The position numbers and the translations under genes were made by a program. From Antedon mediterranea (Eukaryota; Animalia; Echinodermata): DNA of 64,000 bases. Below are positions 50,896 to 64,000 of this stretch, piece by piece (position 1 is the stretch's first letter; every line of letters begins with the position of its first letter). The DNA lies in assembly GCF_964355755.1 (NCBI RefSeq), contig NC_092675.1:22912912-22976911 (forward strand). The letters are read 5' to 3'. The notes under the pieces are model-generated. The model saw nothing but the letters and a program-made list of their open reading frames with translations. It ran no database searches and was not told the origin of the DNA.

Positions 50896-51794
50896 TCAAT
50901 GAGTCAATATTGTTCTTCCTTTAATGATTCGCCTCAACAGAATTGCAATTCCACCCTTTTTCTTTAGTCTAGCATGCAAGCCACACTTCCGCTTCCTCTT
51001 AAATGTAGATGGTTGATAGGTATTTCCCCTTGCCTTATATCTGCATGGCACGCATATTGTATCAGTTGCAATGATGCTTGAAGGTGAAGAACTTCTCTGT
51101 AAACATTGGTGGACTTTCCATCCAGGGTTGGTAAAAATCCTTGTTGAATAAGTTGCTCTGTGAACTTTATTTGAACTTATTATATTTTGGATTCTACAAA
51201 AAGAAAAAAAAAACAATTTTAGAGAAAAAAAAAATCATAATATATCTCACTCACTCTGTCATCAGACAGAGCTCCAATGATGGTTCTTCAAAATTGTCTA
51301 TGTTGAATTTGGTAAACGCATCTTGCATGTATAAAACTTTTCATTCGTCACAAAAACGCGTTAACGCCACAAAACATACTTATCAGAGGGCGGTCTTCAG
51401 TTTCGGAATAGAATAAATCTAAAGTAAGCCTAATCAGTAATTTTGAGTTTTAAAAAATGTATAAAAGTTACATACAATTTAATATCACAAGAACATTAAA
51501 TATAATTTTAGCATATGCGCAACTTAACAAAATGTTACAATATAAAATCCTACCGGGCCCCACCGGACGTAGGCCTATATAAGATTACGTATGTCACGGT
51601 CGCTTAAAGCTAGCCAACTAATCTAGGCTAGTAGGCTAGCGCGCCTATAGGCTAGGCCCAGGCTAGATTAGACACAGGGCAGGGAGGCCTAGGTCTAGTT
51701 TAATTAGTAGTAGGGCCTAGATAATGCTATAAACTTACAGTTTGTTAGTTGATTTGTAAAACTGAACTCTGGTTAAATGTTGTAACAGATTCAT
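50896..51794 (-). CDS. MRPL34: Mitochondrial ribosomal protein bL34m, ~117 aa, 2 coding exons
   Basis: Exons 51794-51739 and 51193-50896 (phase 2). Basic presequence followed by [48 protein letters not shown]. Confidence 0.9.
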
Positions 51795-54700
51795 ATCGTA
51801 GAATTAGATAAAAAGTCACGTTTTATAATGAAATTGTTGTCTCCTCTCGCATGGCACGTCACGCAGGCTCTCTCTCTAGGCTAGTATAAATTTCTATTTT
51901 CTCAATACAGCACAGCGCCCTCATCTTAATTCTCTATAATTTTTAATTATCAAAATGTACCGTAATTGGAAAAATATTATTATTGGTCCTCCTCCTATAT
52001 ACAAAATTAATTTCTTTGGGATTAATAGTAAATACATGTTGTAATGTCTGTATTGCATTCTTGGCAACATTTGACATATTCCATGGGGCTTTTAATGTGA
52101 CCGAATTTTTGTTTTTCCGTTGAGTTTGAGCATATGAGTTCGTACTCAATGAAAATGTTTGCATTAACATTTATTATCAGATTGGAGAACAACATCTTAG
52201 AGGAAATAGAAACAATAGGCCTAATCATTCAAACAAATAATATAAAAAGTACATTATGAACAATAATAAAAGTAAGAAATACCATTTTTTTTATTATCAA
52301 AATCCTTCTTACCAACAACATAATATTGTATTATAGTTTAAATTTCCAGCACCATTAGATAAAAGAGCCAACTAAATGGCAACACCCTTCACACAAACAT
52401 AGAATCCAAATTGACAATAATATGACACAAAATATTAACTAATACATTTTTTTTTTGTATAAAAAAAAATCCATTTTCTTTGATATATATATATATATAC
52501 TAATACTATATAACCAATAAAATGTACATTTTGTTTATTTACAAGAAAACTTAATATATTCAAAACAAATTTATTTGAAAAAACTAAATTGTATAAAATC
52601 ACAGCCAAAAATATGTTTTATAATATATCAAGATTCTAATTTGTGAGAAGAGAAAACTTATTTTCACCCTTTTTATCTTGCACCCTCCCGTCACATTCAC
52701 ACCAAGTAGAAACTTAGTAAAAATTTTTTTTTTTAATAAATCAGTCATATCATTATAATAAGAAAGTTAAGATATTACAAGGTTTTTATTTAACACCAAC
52801 AATTTTTTTTTTACTTCAGCTATGTGGTAGATCATAGATAATTATTAAAGAAATATAAATAACATCTATGTGGGCAGATACATCTTAATGTTGCATTCCA
52901 AATAAATTTAGGAGATTTAACATATTTTTCAAAGTACCAGTAAGTTTAATTATTCACAATATAACAATATATACAGTACAGAAGAAGTAAATCCAATGTA
53001 GACCTTAAGACTACAGCACAGAAAGGGGTGTAAATATAGCAAGGCGTATAAAGGTGTTGAAATGTAGAATACAGAACGGAACACAAATTAGTCAACACAA
53101 TTATTAGAATTTCCATTTATGCTACCAAAATGTTGATATATAGATAACATGCATTAAGGTGTAATTGGTTGCATGGAGTTTAATTTGAAACCTAATTGAG
53201 AAACAGTTTTACAACAAAAAAGTTGTTTAAAAAAATCATAACTTGTTACAACCCAATCAGTTCAGTAAAATTCATCAAATAGTTTTCGATTTTCTATCAG
53301 TTTTACTACAAAAGTTTACTACAAAATGTTGATGTAAAGGTAAAATTTATTACTCAAAGTTTTTGATTGGTTGAATAGGCCTTTAAGTATAAGGAGACAT
53401 GTGACTCAATTCAGTTTTTAAATACAATTTACAGTTAATTGTATTTTAATAAAAGTACATACAAATAAAATTCAACTAAAGTTAAATACATAATTCTTTA
53501 CAAAAAATATATAAATGTCTAATCAATCTACAATTTATTTAATCTAGCAACAAAAAACAAGTATAATTTTATATAAATTGTCAAGGTTTAAGTCATAGTT
53601 TGTTCCATTATTCTAGAGGGATGGACTAATATTTTAAATATTAAAGGTTAAAATGTATAGTATAAATATTATTGGAAGGATTAAATGTGCTCAGAAAAGT
53701 GAAATGGCACTCTCCTCTGATATGATTTCAATCATTCTGAATATATATATATATCTAATTTTAAATGCTACTGATACCACAGGTAGGTGACCTATTACCC
53801 ATTCTTTCTTTGCAATTGCCTATTCCTGTTCAGAGCCAATAAGTTCATGGGTCGGTCACATTCAGAATTTTATGCAATATAGACTATGATGCATCATTTG
53901 GTGTCAACATGTTAACAAATATAGGTAATAACGATTATTAAAAGCAAAGTTTTCAATGAAACTGTGGCTATTTCATGACTTGTGCATAAATATTTTTGAT
54001 TAGTCTGGTTTTAGGAATGGAAAATGCAAAGCACCAAATTATTCCTAGTGTAATCCATAGAAATAATTCATAACAGTTTATATTGAGAGTACACATAATA
54101 TCTAACATATACATTAAAACAAAATTATCATTAATGATAATTATGAACTATACTAACATCCAGAAATTAGGTAATTTTCTTTCAGGTAACTAGTAGTTTT
54201 ACTATATTAATTAAAAATGCTTTGATATCTATAAGATGCATGATAAAAGTTCTTGGTACAAACAAGGGCTTTATTTTGATTTAGTTACAATATTAATATT
54301 AATAATATATAGATTTTTATACCAATAGCAGTTAAGGTGTTCTTTATCATAATAATACTGGGAAGTCCTAATCATATTGCTAGAGATTTAAAGAATAAAA
54401 TAAATATGATTTGTGACAGAGAATATGCAGCAAAATCAATGTTTACTGTACATATTTACACAAAATGAATATAAAACGCTGTTAACAATCTTTGTATTGT
54501 GTTAAAAGACGAAATGACATTGTTTTTCTTTCAACAAATAATGTGTATGAACATAGAGCAATAAAAGGTTCTTCTATGGTATGAATTACTACAAATATTC
54601 AAGTACAGTAGATTTTTGTCATTAATTAATGGGAAAAGCCCCATTTGGGATGTGATCATAATATAGCAAATTTGACCTAGGTACCAACCTTCATGTGCCC

Positions 54701-55207
54701 CCTGCATTAACACATTATTTGGCTGTTCACAACAATGATGAGTGTTAGTGACAGAAAGTGAAACAATAGAGAGCATTTTGGCAGAGAATATTAATAGACC
54801 AGACTATACGACAGTATAACCAATTTTTATGAGGCACTGTAAAGATTATCTATTGAATGAGTGCCCCAACAATCCTCCCATCAAATGAGAAGAATCTACT
54901 AATAGGTACCATTTGACATAATATTAAAACAATCCTACCCTGCAAATCTCAACTATAAATATTATTTATTTTACTCATTACAATGTATAATAGAGTCAAA
55001 ATATAAAAAAGTTTAAATAGATTCTGCAATATGAATTTCTTATATTATTTTGAATGCATAATATATTATTTGTATTGTAGTTTGGTTCATTCTTCACCAT
55101 ATTTTCAGATGTCTTCTTTCTTATATCTTAACAGTACAATTCCTTTCAAAATTCTGTCTTCAAGTTCTCATAATTTACATAAATTACAATAATATTTGAA
55201 TCTTCAA

Positions 55208-58200
55208 TCAGTCTTTTGCATCCGTAGTACCAGCTTTCCTAATGATCATTTTCACGTTACCAGATGGGATACTCTTTAGTTTTGTCCAGGCTTCATAGTG
55301 TGTCAAATTCACAAACTTATAGCTGTTAACTTGCAAGATCTCATCACCCACATGCAGCTGTCCACTGCGATCAGAGATTCCGCCAGTGAATATTTTCTTT
55401 ACTGTGATTGGTAAATCACCTCTGGGGGATCCGCGTCCACCTTCAATGCTAAAGCCGAGGCCTGCTGAACCTTTGGTTAGTGTTATTTCAGTGCTGCCAG
55501 CTGGAAGACCTAAGTAAAATATGAGGACATTAATATTGAAGGCAAATAATATAATATTAATATTTTATCATACAATATTCATATATATGTGGCAAAGAAG
55601 GCTATCTTAAAAACTGCAATTTTCCACAAAACATTTAAAATTTTTTTTTTCTCAAACGGGTGAACTTGCTTAAGCAACTCTTGGCCTTCTTTATATGTAA
55701 CGTATTCAGGTCATGGAGAGGTCAATCTGCAGCTAGTATTGATAACTATTGAACTATGATAATCAATGTATTGATCAATTATTATGATGGTTTTTGCCTA
55801 AAATATGATGTCAACATAATTTTACATTGATACTGAAACAGAATTATCATCATTAGTAATCAGTTTATAAGGTGACTCCGCACATACTTAATTGACCCTA
55901 AGTGACATCAATTGACCTACTGTAATTGTTTTTAACAAAAATTTAATCCCTCATGATAACGTTTTAAGCATGAATAATCTTCTCAACAGAATTAATAGGA
56001 AATAAAAGTATTTAAGGAATTATGAATATAAATGCAATCTATAGCCATTTTAATGCCATTGATATTATAGTAAAATCTATAAAATATTTCTTTTTATTTC
56101 ACAAAATACAGAAAGTACAGTACCATATAGATACTCAAGGTATTAATCTAAAGACACTGAATAATACTAAATGCATTTGGGTAACTCCTCAGTCTTATCT
56201 CCACAAAAAATGTAGCATACTGTGTTTTATGAGGTTCTTGCCAAATTCTTGTAAAAAACATAAATAAACAGGCCTTTGTCTCTTGAATATTATATGTGTT
56301 TGTATTTTGGTGTGTAGAAGTTTACCAAATTTAAGCATGTTGTAAATCACACTCCTCAAGAGAAGTTTAGGAGTGTGTTAGGTGAGTGATTGCACTCGCT
56401 CGCCTTAAAAGGATAGAGGTATACAACAGCCTTATTGCAAAAAATACATACCTTCATCTTCTTTTTCTATATGCCTTGAAACAACTAAAACAACATCTTT
56501 CCTGTTCACCTTGAGGAATGACAATGCTTGCGCATGTGTCACATTTTTCAATACTTTACCGCTGACAGAGATAAGTCGATCGCCCCTTTGTATCCTTCCA
56601 TCTCGATGGGCTAACCCACCAGGAATCAGTTTATGTACCTATAAAACAATCAAAATTAATCATGTAATATAAAATACATTGATCTGAAACCTATAGTAAA
56701 ATATATTGATGGCAAAAATGGTATGTGCTAGACTTGTTGAACATTTAATTAATAACTTACAGTGATTTCTTTAACCTCTTGGTCAACTCCACCAGCCAAT
56801 GTCAAACCTAGGCCTTGCTTCTCATCTTCTTTATGAAGAACAATCACAGCAACGTCGTCATCTTCTGGGTGTTCAAGTGCATCATTTGCTTCATCAAGTA
56901 ACTTATCAAGCTCGGCCTTACTAAGAAGTACTGTTGAATTTGATGCTTCGGACTCTGAACAACTGAGACGTTTTGATTGCCAGATACCACCTGAAAAAAT
57001 ATAAAAACAGCAATTGTAAAATAAGTAAGTAAGACTATAGTTTATTAATTGATATTTATACACATTTGTTTAACTGACTGTTATATTATAAACAATGTTT
57101 ATGTTGAGATGGAAATAAATAACATATAATAACTTTTATATTTAACTTTTTATATTGAGCTTATGTATCAAACCTCAGTGTTGTAGCAGGTAGGTTCCTC
57201 TAATCTGTTTCTAATTCAGGTGTACATATGGAACTTTTAACGTTTACCCATTAATCATTGATATAATTTCTCTATTTTGTGACGGTTGCAGGAAGAAGAA
57301 TACAGATATGTTTATTTATCAAAATCATATTATTAGTGAAAATAGTAAGGTATGTACAGTGTTTATATAAGAGAAATGATGAAATGGGATCCAAGGAAAC
57401 AAGGCATGACTGAACAGTTTGGTTTGTTTTCATATTCTCGTTTTAAAGATGTATTGTCCCCCTGAAAAAATAATTCTTGAACAATTTTTGTTGAATATTC
57501 CATTTTAATGTAACATAATAGTTATCTACTTTGACCAAAAATTGGATCGAAAAAAAATGTATTTACCTGAAAAAACTGTAATTTAAAGCAAAAAATGATC
57601 AAATTGGCTGCCAGCCAATGGTTTTTGGTAAAATTTAACTATTTATTTTGTCATTTTATAAGTGAAAACATTATTTTTTTTCCATTTTTTTTTCTACGGA
57701 AGTGATTAACTTTATTAAAACTACAAAATAACATATTCAAAGTCTGATTTAATTAATCTTCATTTTTTATGTTTTTGAGGGACAATACATCTTTATGTTA
57801 CATTATTTTAAACATAATATATAGTTTATATGCTTAAAAAATGAACATTGACAAAGACAATTAACTATTAAGGATAGAAATTTAATCCTCTAAGCAGGAA
57901 GAACGAATACTTTACATGTCCTGATTGATTGTTTAGTATTATGAATAAAACGTCCATGGGAGTTGTAAGTTGATTTTAACGCAATATTTATGCAAGTGCT
58001 TTGTTAATTGTAAAGTATTAACTTGTTAAATCTGTAATACCTTTAAAAGGCATGTATTAACAATGCTTTTAAATGATTGTGAAATTCAACAGCTGTAACA
58101 CATTGCATTACACTATTTTAAGTGAAGTTAATACAGGAGAGCCATACCTGAAATGTGTGGAAATGGCAAAAATGAATTTTAATATTTTACATTTGTTAAA

Positions 58201-61200
58201 AATATTGATAAGTAAATTGTTACATATTACTGCATTTCAAATTAATAAATGTTATAAAAGTATTAACTTTCATAATATTTTAGACCATACATTACCATCA
58301 TACCTAATGTTCTAAACCTAACCCAATTTTTTCAAGGAAATTAAAGTGGAACCTTTTTATTGAATTATATAACAACACGTTTAAATGTACTTTGTTTTGT
58401 TAACTCTTTGCTAATCAAACTAAACACACAATGTAATGTTTGTTTTGACTGTGAACTCAGACTAGTCATATAAATAGCAATGAAAAGACATTTAGATCCG
58501 TATGGCCATGTTTCTATTGAAAATTTTTCCAATAAACCCCATAGTTGTTGTTTGTATTATATGCCAAGATAGCATTTTACTCCGAATACTAATTCCTGGT
58601 AAAAATGGTTGCTCAGTTCAGTGGACACACTGTGTAATGACATCATTATTATTCACAGTGAGTATTCACTATTCTGTTTGTTTTTTAGCGAAAATCTGTA
58701 AATTATGTTAGTTATGCTAGAGCACTTATCATGGCATCTTGTTCAGACAGAATTACAAGAACTGAAAAGATATACAGAGACCCACTGAGAATATCATTGT
58801 ATTTTGCATATTCTGTGAGTTACAGTACTTTGATCAGTTGATCTCAGTTTCTCAGTAAGCCAAAGTCAACATAATTAAGTTGCATTGTTTTCAGTTCAGT
58901 TTTGACATTTATAGGACTCCGTTCCAAGCATAATTATTTGTTACTACACTGTAATTTGTATAACAAAAATAATAACTAGTACCAAATTTAAGAACTACAG
59001 TAGTTAGTATAGTAGACAAAAAAAAATGATTTTTAAAAATCATAAATATCTTATTTTACAGGACAGATATAATTATAAAAATATTATTATCTACAACAAC
59101 TATAATAAAGAATACAAATTACAAACAAAGTAATAACAATAAAATGAAAACAATATTACTAGGCATCCATTCCGTAGTGTTACTGCTGCTAGATTCCGAA
59201 TATAAAGAGTCCTGAAACATATCCATTACAAAATATTCAACAGTACATTACTGTATTCCTGACCAATCAATCATGCATCCATCCATTGAACATGATAACA
59301 GTGAGAGAATGCACTGAACGTTTAGTGTGCAATGCAGTTTATGCCAAACTGAGTAAAATGGGCTGATAGGGCAATCACAGGAAATCAGGACAGATAATAA
59401 TGAGTTAATCATTGATTTGTACTATGTAGCGTAAATGTGTGGAGGAGCATATCAGAGTGACAGTGGCTTATAGGATGTCATCTAAAATAACTGAAGTCAT
59501 TCATTGTGTCATAAAATGTTAAGTAGCTATATTCACCAAGTTGACTTAATGATAATAAATATTACGTCAAAACATAATTGGCAAATTCAAATGATTTAAA
59601 AAAAAATAGATTTTGATTTCACATGCACGCAAAAAAAGATTTTCACATTACTATATTTAGCTTGGTATTATGATTTGATTTATTTCAATACCAAACACAA
59701 GCAAAAACAACAAAAAACAATCTTTGTTAGGTACAGTACCAGGGATAGTTCTCTAAATTCCAAATTTCAAAGTTTAATCCTATGTCATAAAATATAATAG
59801 TATAGTGACGTCATTTTATTAGAATTGTGACAATCAGTATTTTTATTGAAGACATGAATAATTATTCAAAAGCTTTTATAATTTCTTTCGTTTCTATAGG
59901 GATAAACTTTATATTTATCTGTTCATTGTCATCAGTCAGTGCATAGTATAAATTTATCATAATATAAATCAGGCTAGGATCTGGATATTTAGATGGTTGT
60001 TTTTTTTATATAAAAATTAATTCAGACAACATTTACTACACTGCTTTGTTTACCGAATTTCACTTCTGGAAGTTCAATTTTACAGATTAAACAAAATTAA
60101 CAGAATTTTGTCTATAAATAAGTGGTTTTAAGTACCCTTGAAAAAGTTACAGAAATGAGTTGTGTGGGCATGTGTAGTAAAATGTATGTAAACAGTACCA
60201 AAAGGAAAGCCACAAAGCCACTAGATAGATTATGTAAAATAAAATATACAATAGACAAATGAAGATACCACATGCATTAAAATATTTATGTAGATGTTAT
60301 ACATTGCAATAAGAAAATAAAGAAATCTAGATTCTGTTGAATATTAGTATTCTGAAATGTGGCTTTAGGATGCTAAAAATTAAAAATAGTCTTAAAAAAC
60401 AACCAAAAACAATGAAATGTGTCAATAGAATCATTTGGGCAATATCCTTCTAATTAATATTGCCTTATTCAAAGTAAGCTAGTAAAAAAGCTTAATAGTC
60501 TTAAAAAAAGACAAAAACCAACGAAATGTGTCTGTCAATAGTATCATTTGGGAAATATCCTTCTAATTAATATTGCCTTATTCAAAGTAAGCTAGTAAAA
60601 AAGCAAATGCATTAACTCACCATGAGGTTGTAGTCTTGAGTTTTTGTTTCTAAGTGTCACAGTTTCTGAATCCACTGCATCAAACACATGTTCATTATGT
60701 AACATATACCGTTCCATGACTGTATATCCAGTATCATCCAGCCTCCAGTCTTGTCGTTTCCGTGATACAGCGAGCGTGAACGGCCCTGCTGTATTTTTAT
60801 GTAGAATACTATTAGCTTCATCGTTGGTTACGGCAATCATACTCTCACCGTTGAACTCCAAGAGCTGATCTCCGACAAGTAACTGACCGTTTCTGTGTGC
60901 AGCAGAATTTGGCAGGATGTGCTGGATATAGACACAAGCGATCGGCGTGTCTGATCCTCCTTCAATTCGCAAACCAAGCATTTCTTTCTCTCGTGGGTTT
61001 ATCTAGTGAAAAAGCAAAACACTGTTTGAGGATATATAAATACTTTAGGTCAATCATTATGAAGGTCAATTGTGCGATTGATTACAATTGTTGAAGGTCA
61101 AGTTGTGATGTCATTTCTTGTTTTGTTGACGTTTAAAGTTTTTATGTACAGGACAATTACATTATCACTGTATAAGAATAACATACGTGACAATCATTAG

Positions 61201-64000
61201 TTATTACTGTATGAAATGAATCAAGGTAAAATGAACAATATTATTATTAATTTCAATATACTTTCATTAAACTAAAGTTGAATCATTACAATTTTGATTG
61301 CAAATTTGCATTGTCAACGTAAAAAAAAATCAATTAATTACATTTCTATTTTACTTTTGTTTTCAGTACTTTGTTAATCATTAATTGAAATCCACATATC
61401 AAACTCAAAATTAACATCTTCGTTTACAATAAAAAACATGAATAACAAAATTCTAATTGATTCAAAATTAAAAAGGTCAACAATATTCATGTTCTATAAT
61501 AATCTTTACAAGAAAATCTTAGTTCAAAGTACAGACTAAGTGTTTAGTGGACCTTGTGTACATACCTGAACTTCCAAGACACCTTCATAAGGATCATCAT
61601 CATAGCCATGGGAAAATCGATTGGGAAAGTCCGTTTGATCAGGTGTTGTTATCTTTGGTAAAACATCAGGACTGACTAAATAGTCTTCTTGCTGTGGTTG
61701 AGGCAATTCTTTTGAGAGTACTTCCTTCTTCACAACATTTCTACCATAACTTGTTAAAGGCTCTTTTACCTCTTCTATTCCTTTGGTTGCCTTAAGACTG
61801 GGTGAATCAGACTTTTTTCTCAAAGCAGAAATTCTATCTACCGATTTGGATATATCTTTTTTAGCATTTGTTTTTACTGGTGATGTTTCCCTCTGATGGA
61901 TTGATCCTTCTTTACGTTTCTGTTGTCCAACAGTAATCAATTTACTTTTTAAATTTGTATCAGAATCTTTTGATTTGGCAACTGGATGTCGTTTTGGAGA
62001 AGTTTTCTCTTCATCTTTTTGAAAATTCTTTCTCTTAGGTTTAGGCGATACATCTGATTTTGAAGCTTGTACAAATTTTGTTGAAACTGGTTCTCTGTTC
62101 TTTATTCTGTCCTGTTCCATCTTCTTTTTTGGCGACAACTGGGGTGACTTTTTCTTAGTTTCCTGAAGTCTTGTGAAAGCTTGATTCTGGGATGATTGTT
62201 TAGTAGAACCATTTCCATTTCCAAGAGGTTGGCGCTTACTTAAACTACTTTTCTCTTCTTTATTTGCAGATTCTGCTTTGGAATTCCAATTAAATTTTTT
62301 CCCATACAACCTTGCCTTACTGTCTCTGGACGATGTTGATGTTGGTGTCTTTTTTGTGTCAGATAATCTTGAAGCCTTGGTGCTTTTCCCAAGATCAATT
62401 ACTGTTGACATTTTCTTTGGTACTGCTAGTTTTGCTGGTGTTCCTTTAATTGCTTTTTCACTAGTGGCAGCAGGCTTTTGGAATTTTTCTTTCTTGCTTT
62501 TAATATCTTGTTTATTTGACAGCTTTTGAGATATTTTAAGGTTATCATATGAATCAGCTTCCAATTGGTCTGTGTCTTCAGATTTTGAAAGAACTGGCGA
62601 AGAAGATGCTGATGGGGAAGCTGGTAATGAAGAAGATGATGATATTGGAGATGATAGTGTTGATTCTGATATTGGAGGTGACGATACATTGGATGATGCT
62701 TTTGATGTGGTTTCAGGGAATGGTGGAGAAGACGACAACGATGATGGTTTTGATGATGACAAAGAAAGAGATGATGGAGGTGATACTTTTGATGTTAATA
62801 ATGAAATTGGTGAGGATGGTTGTGAAGCAGTTAATGCTGATGAAAGAGGTGAATTTGATCGTGAAGATGGAATTGATTCAGTACCACTTCTTTTTTCCTT
62901 TTCAGTGTTATCCTCTACAGGTTCAGAAACTTCAGAAATTGGTAAAGAGTCCAGTTTGTTATTGTCAGATTGACATGGATCTTTAATAGAATGAAAGACA
63001 GGTTCCATTTTGACAGCAGACAAGACAGGTGTACATTCCTCTTTGGAAGATGTTTCCTCATCTGTCTTTTTAGTTTGTTCTCTTAAAATTGTCTTTGAAA
63101 ATGAAGATTTCTTTTTAACTACACTCCCAAAAAGAGCAGCGCGATCCTGAACACCACCTTTTCTTGCAGATTTTATCTCTTCAGCTGTGAGCCTCTTGTT
63201 AAATTTGTCATTGAAAGTTGGGGTTTTCTTTAAAAGCTTTTTATTCTGTTCAAAAATATGCTTAGACACAATATTATCTGCCGTTGTCTGTGATTGTGCT
63301 CTCCTCAAATGAACTGGCTTTACTGGTATTTCAGGCCTTGGTGATCCAGGAGAAATAGGTCTACCCTCATTAGCAAATTGATTTTGAAGATCTAATGGTA
63401 CTTCTTCTTTCACTTCTTTTAAGTTGGCTGTTTCAACAATTTCCTTTTCATATGTTCTTGTAGATAGTTTTGATCTGTTGGTGTTTTGATCATCAAAAGA
63501 TGCTGCTTTTAATTTAGATAAAAGTAACATTTTAGCATTATGATCAAGCTCAGTTTTTTTCTCTATTGTTGGGTGAATGTTGTATGCAAGAGTGAAATCT
63601 GGATTAACATCCAATTCACATTCCACAGATGACAAATGCGTTGCTTTAATAAGCTTTTCTTGTGCTGCAGAATCAATTTGAGAGCTGACAACTGCAGAAG
63701 ACTTGTTGGTTGGTGATATAGAATCTAAGCTCCTGTCAATTTTTTTATTGCGCGGAGATGGTCCAACAGAATCATCAGTTAATGATGAATTTTCTTCAAG
63801 TTCACCTGAAAACATTAATAATGAGTTGTCACTAAAACCAGTTGGTGGTCTAATATCGTCGGTAGATGATTTTTCAAAATTAGGATTATCTGAAGTCTCT
63901 GTAATCAAATCATCTCCAAAATCACTGCCATCCGATTGTAAATAATTGTTACTTCCTGTGGAATCATCTAAAACTGAAGCAAAAATGTCATCAACAACAC
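55208..64000 (-). CDS. PDZD2/pro-interleukin-16-like multi-PDZ protein, 3' part (5' end outside the window)
   Basis: Exons >64000-61566 (Ser/Lys-rich low complexity), 61002-60621 (PDZ LGLRIEGGSDT), 56990-56761, 56638-56452, 55509-55208. LLSKAELDKLLDE, LHKEDEKQGLGLTLAGGVDQEVKEITVH and AGLGFSIEGGRGSPRGDLPITVKKIF...EAW match the C-terminal PDZ pair of IL16/PDZD2. Confidence 0.88.
57447..57792. mobile_element. Kolobok-like MITE
   Basis: TIR AGATGTATTGTCCC / GGGACAATACATCT with flanks TTAA and TTAT. Confidence 0.75.
60385..60604. repeat. ~110-bp tandem duplication in the PDZ gene intron
   Basis: Two copies of AATAGTCTTAAAAAA...AATATCCTTCTAATTAATATTGCCTTATTCAAAGTAAGCTAGTAAAAAAGC. Confidence 0.85.

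Noticed and set aside
51258-51352. C/D box snoRNA in the MRPL34 intron (GTGACGA...CTGA on the - strand)
   Set aside because: No convincing terminal stem and no rRNA-complementary guide that I could recognise.
62549-62986. Asp/Met-rich + strand ORFs (133 and 145 aa)
   Set aside because: They are antisense shadows of the Ser/Pro-rich TCA/TCT codons in the PDZ gene's large exon.

Overview
This is AT-rich, intron-containing eukaryotic DNA from an invertebrate animal. An echinoderm or other marine deuterostome is my inference from the gene and repeat content. Exons were joined by hand at GT-AG sites, and every complete model below closes in frame. Genes in order: the 3' end of a single-pass receptor (+), an OATP/SLCO transporter (+), a NaPi-II/SLC34A phosphate transporter (+), a secreted neurotrophin/Spaetzle-like cystine-knot precursor (-), DDA1 (-), a MACPF+ApeC apextrin-like protein (+), a possible 40-aa secreted micropeptide (-), maspardin/SPG21 (-), MRPL34 (-), and the 3' part of a PDZD2/pro-IL-16-like multi-PDZ gene (-). 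Introns and spacers hold many non-autonomous transposons (P-like, Harbinger-like, Ginger-like, Kolobok-like, Helentron-type and a 2.9-kb Polinton-like element), tRNA-derived SINEs and LINE fragments. Most notable: (1) a cystine-knot ligand that appears to lack both cysteines of one knot disulfide; (2) an intact tRNA cloverleaf with an ATC anticodon inside a 366-bp direct-repeat unit; (3) transposon-borne arrays of C/EBP-type and DR1-type sites in and next to the apextrin-like gene; (4) three candidate ATG-only first exons for SLC34A. No database search was possible, so family calls rest on motif recognition.
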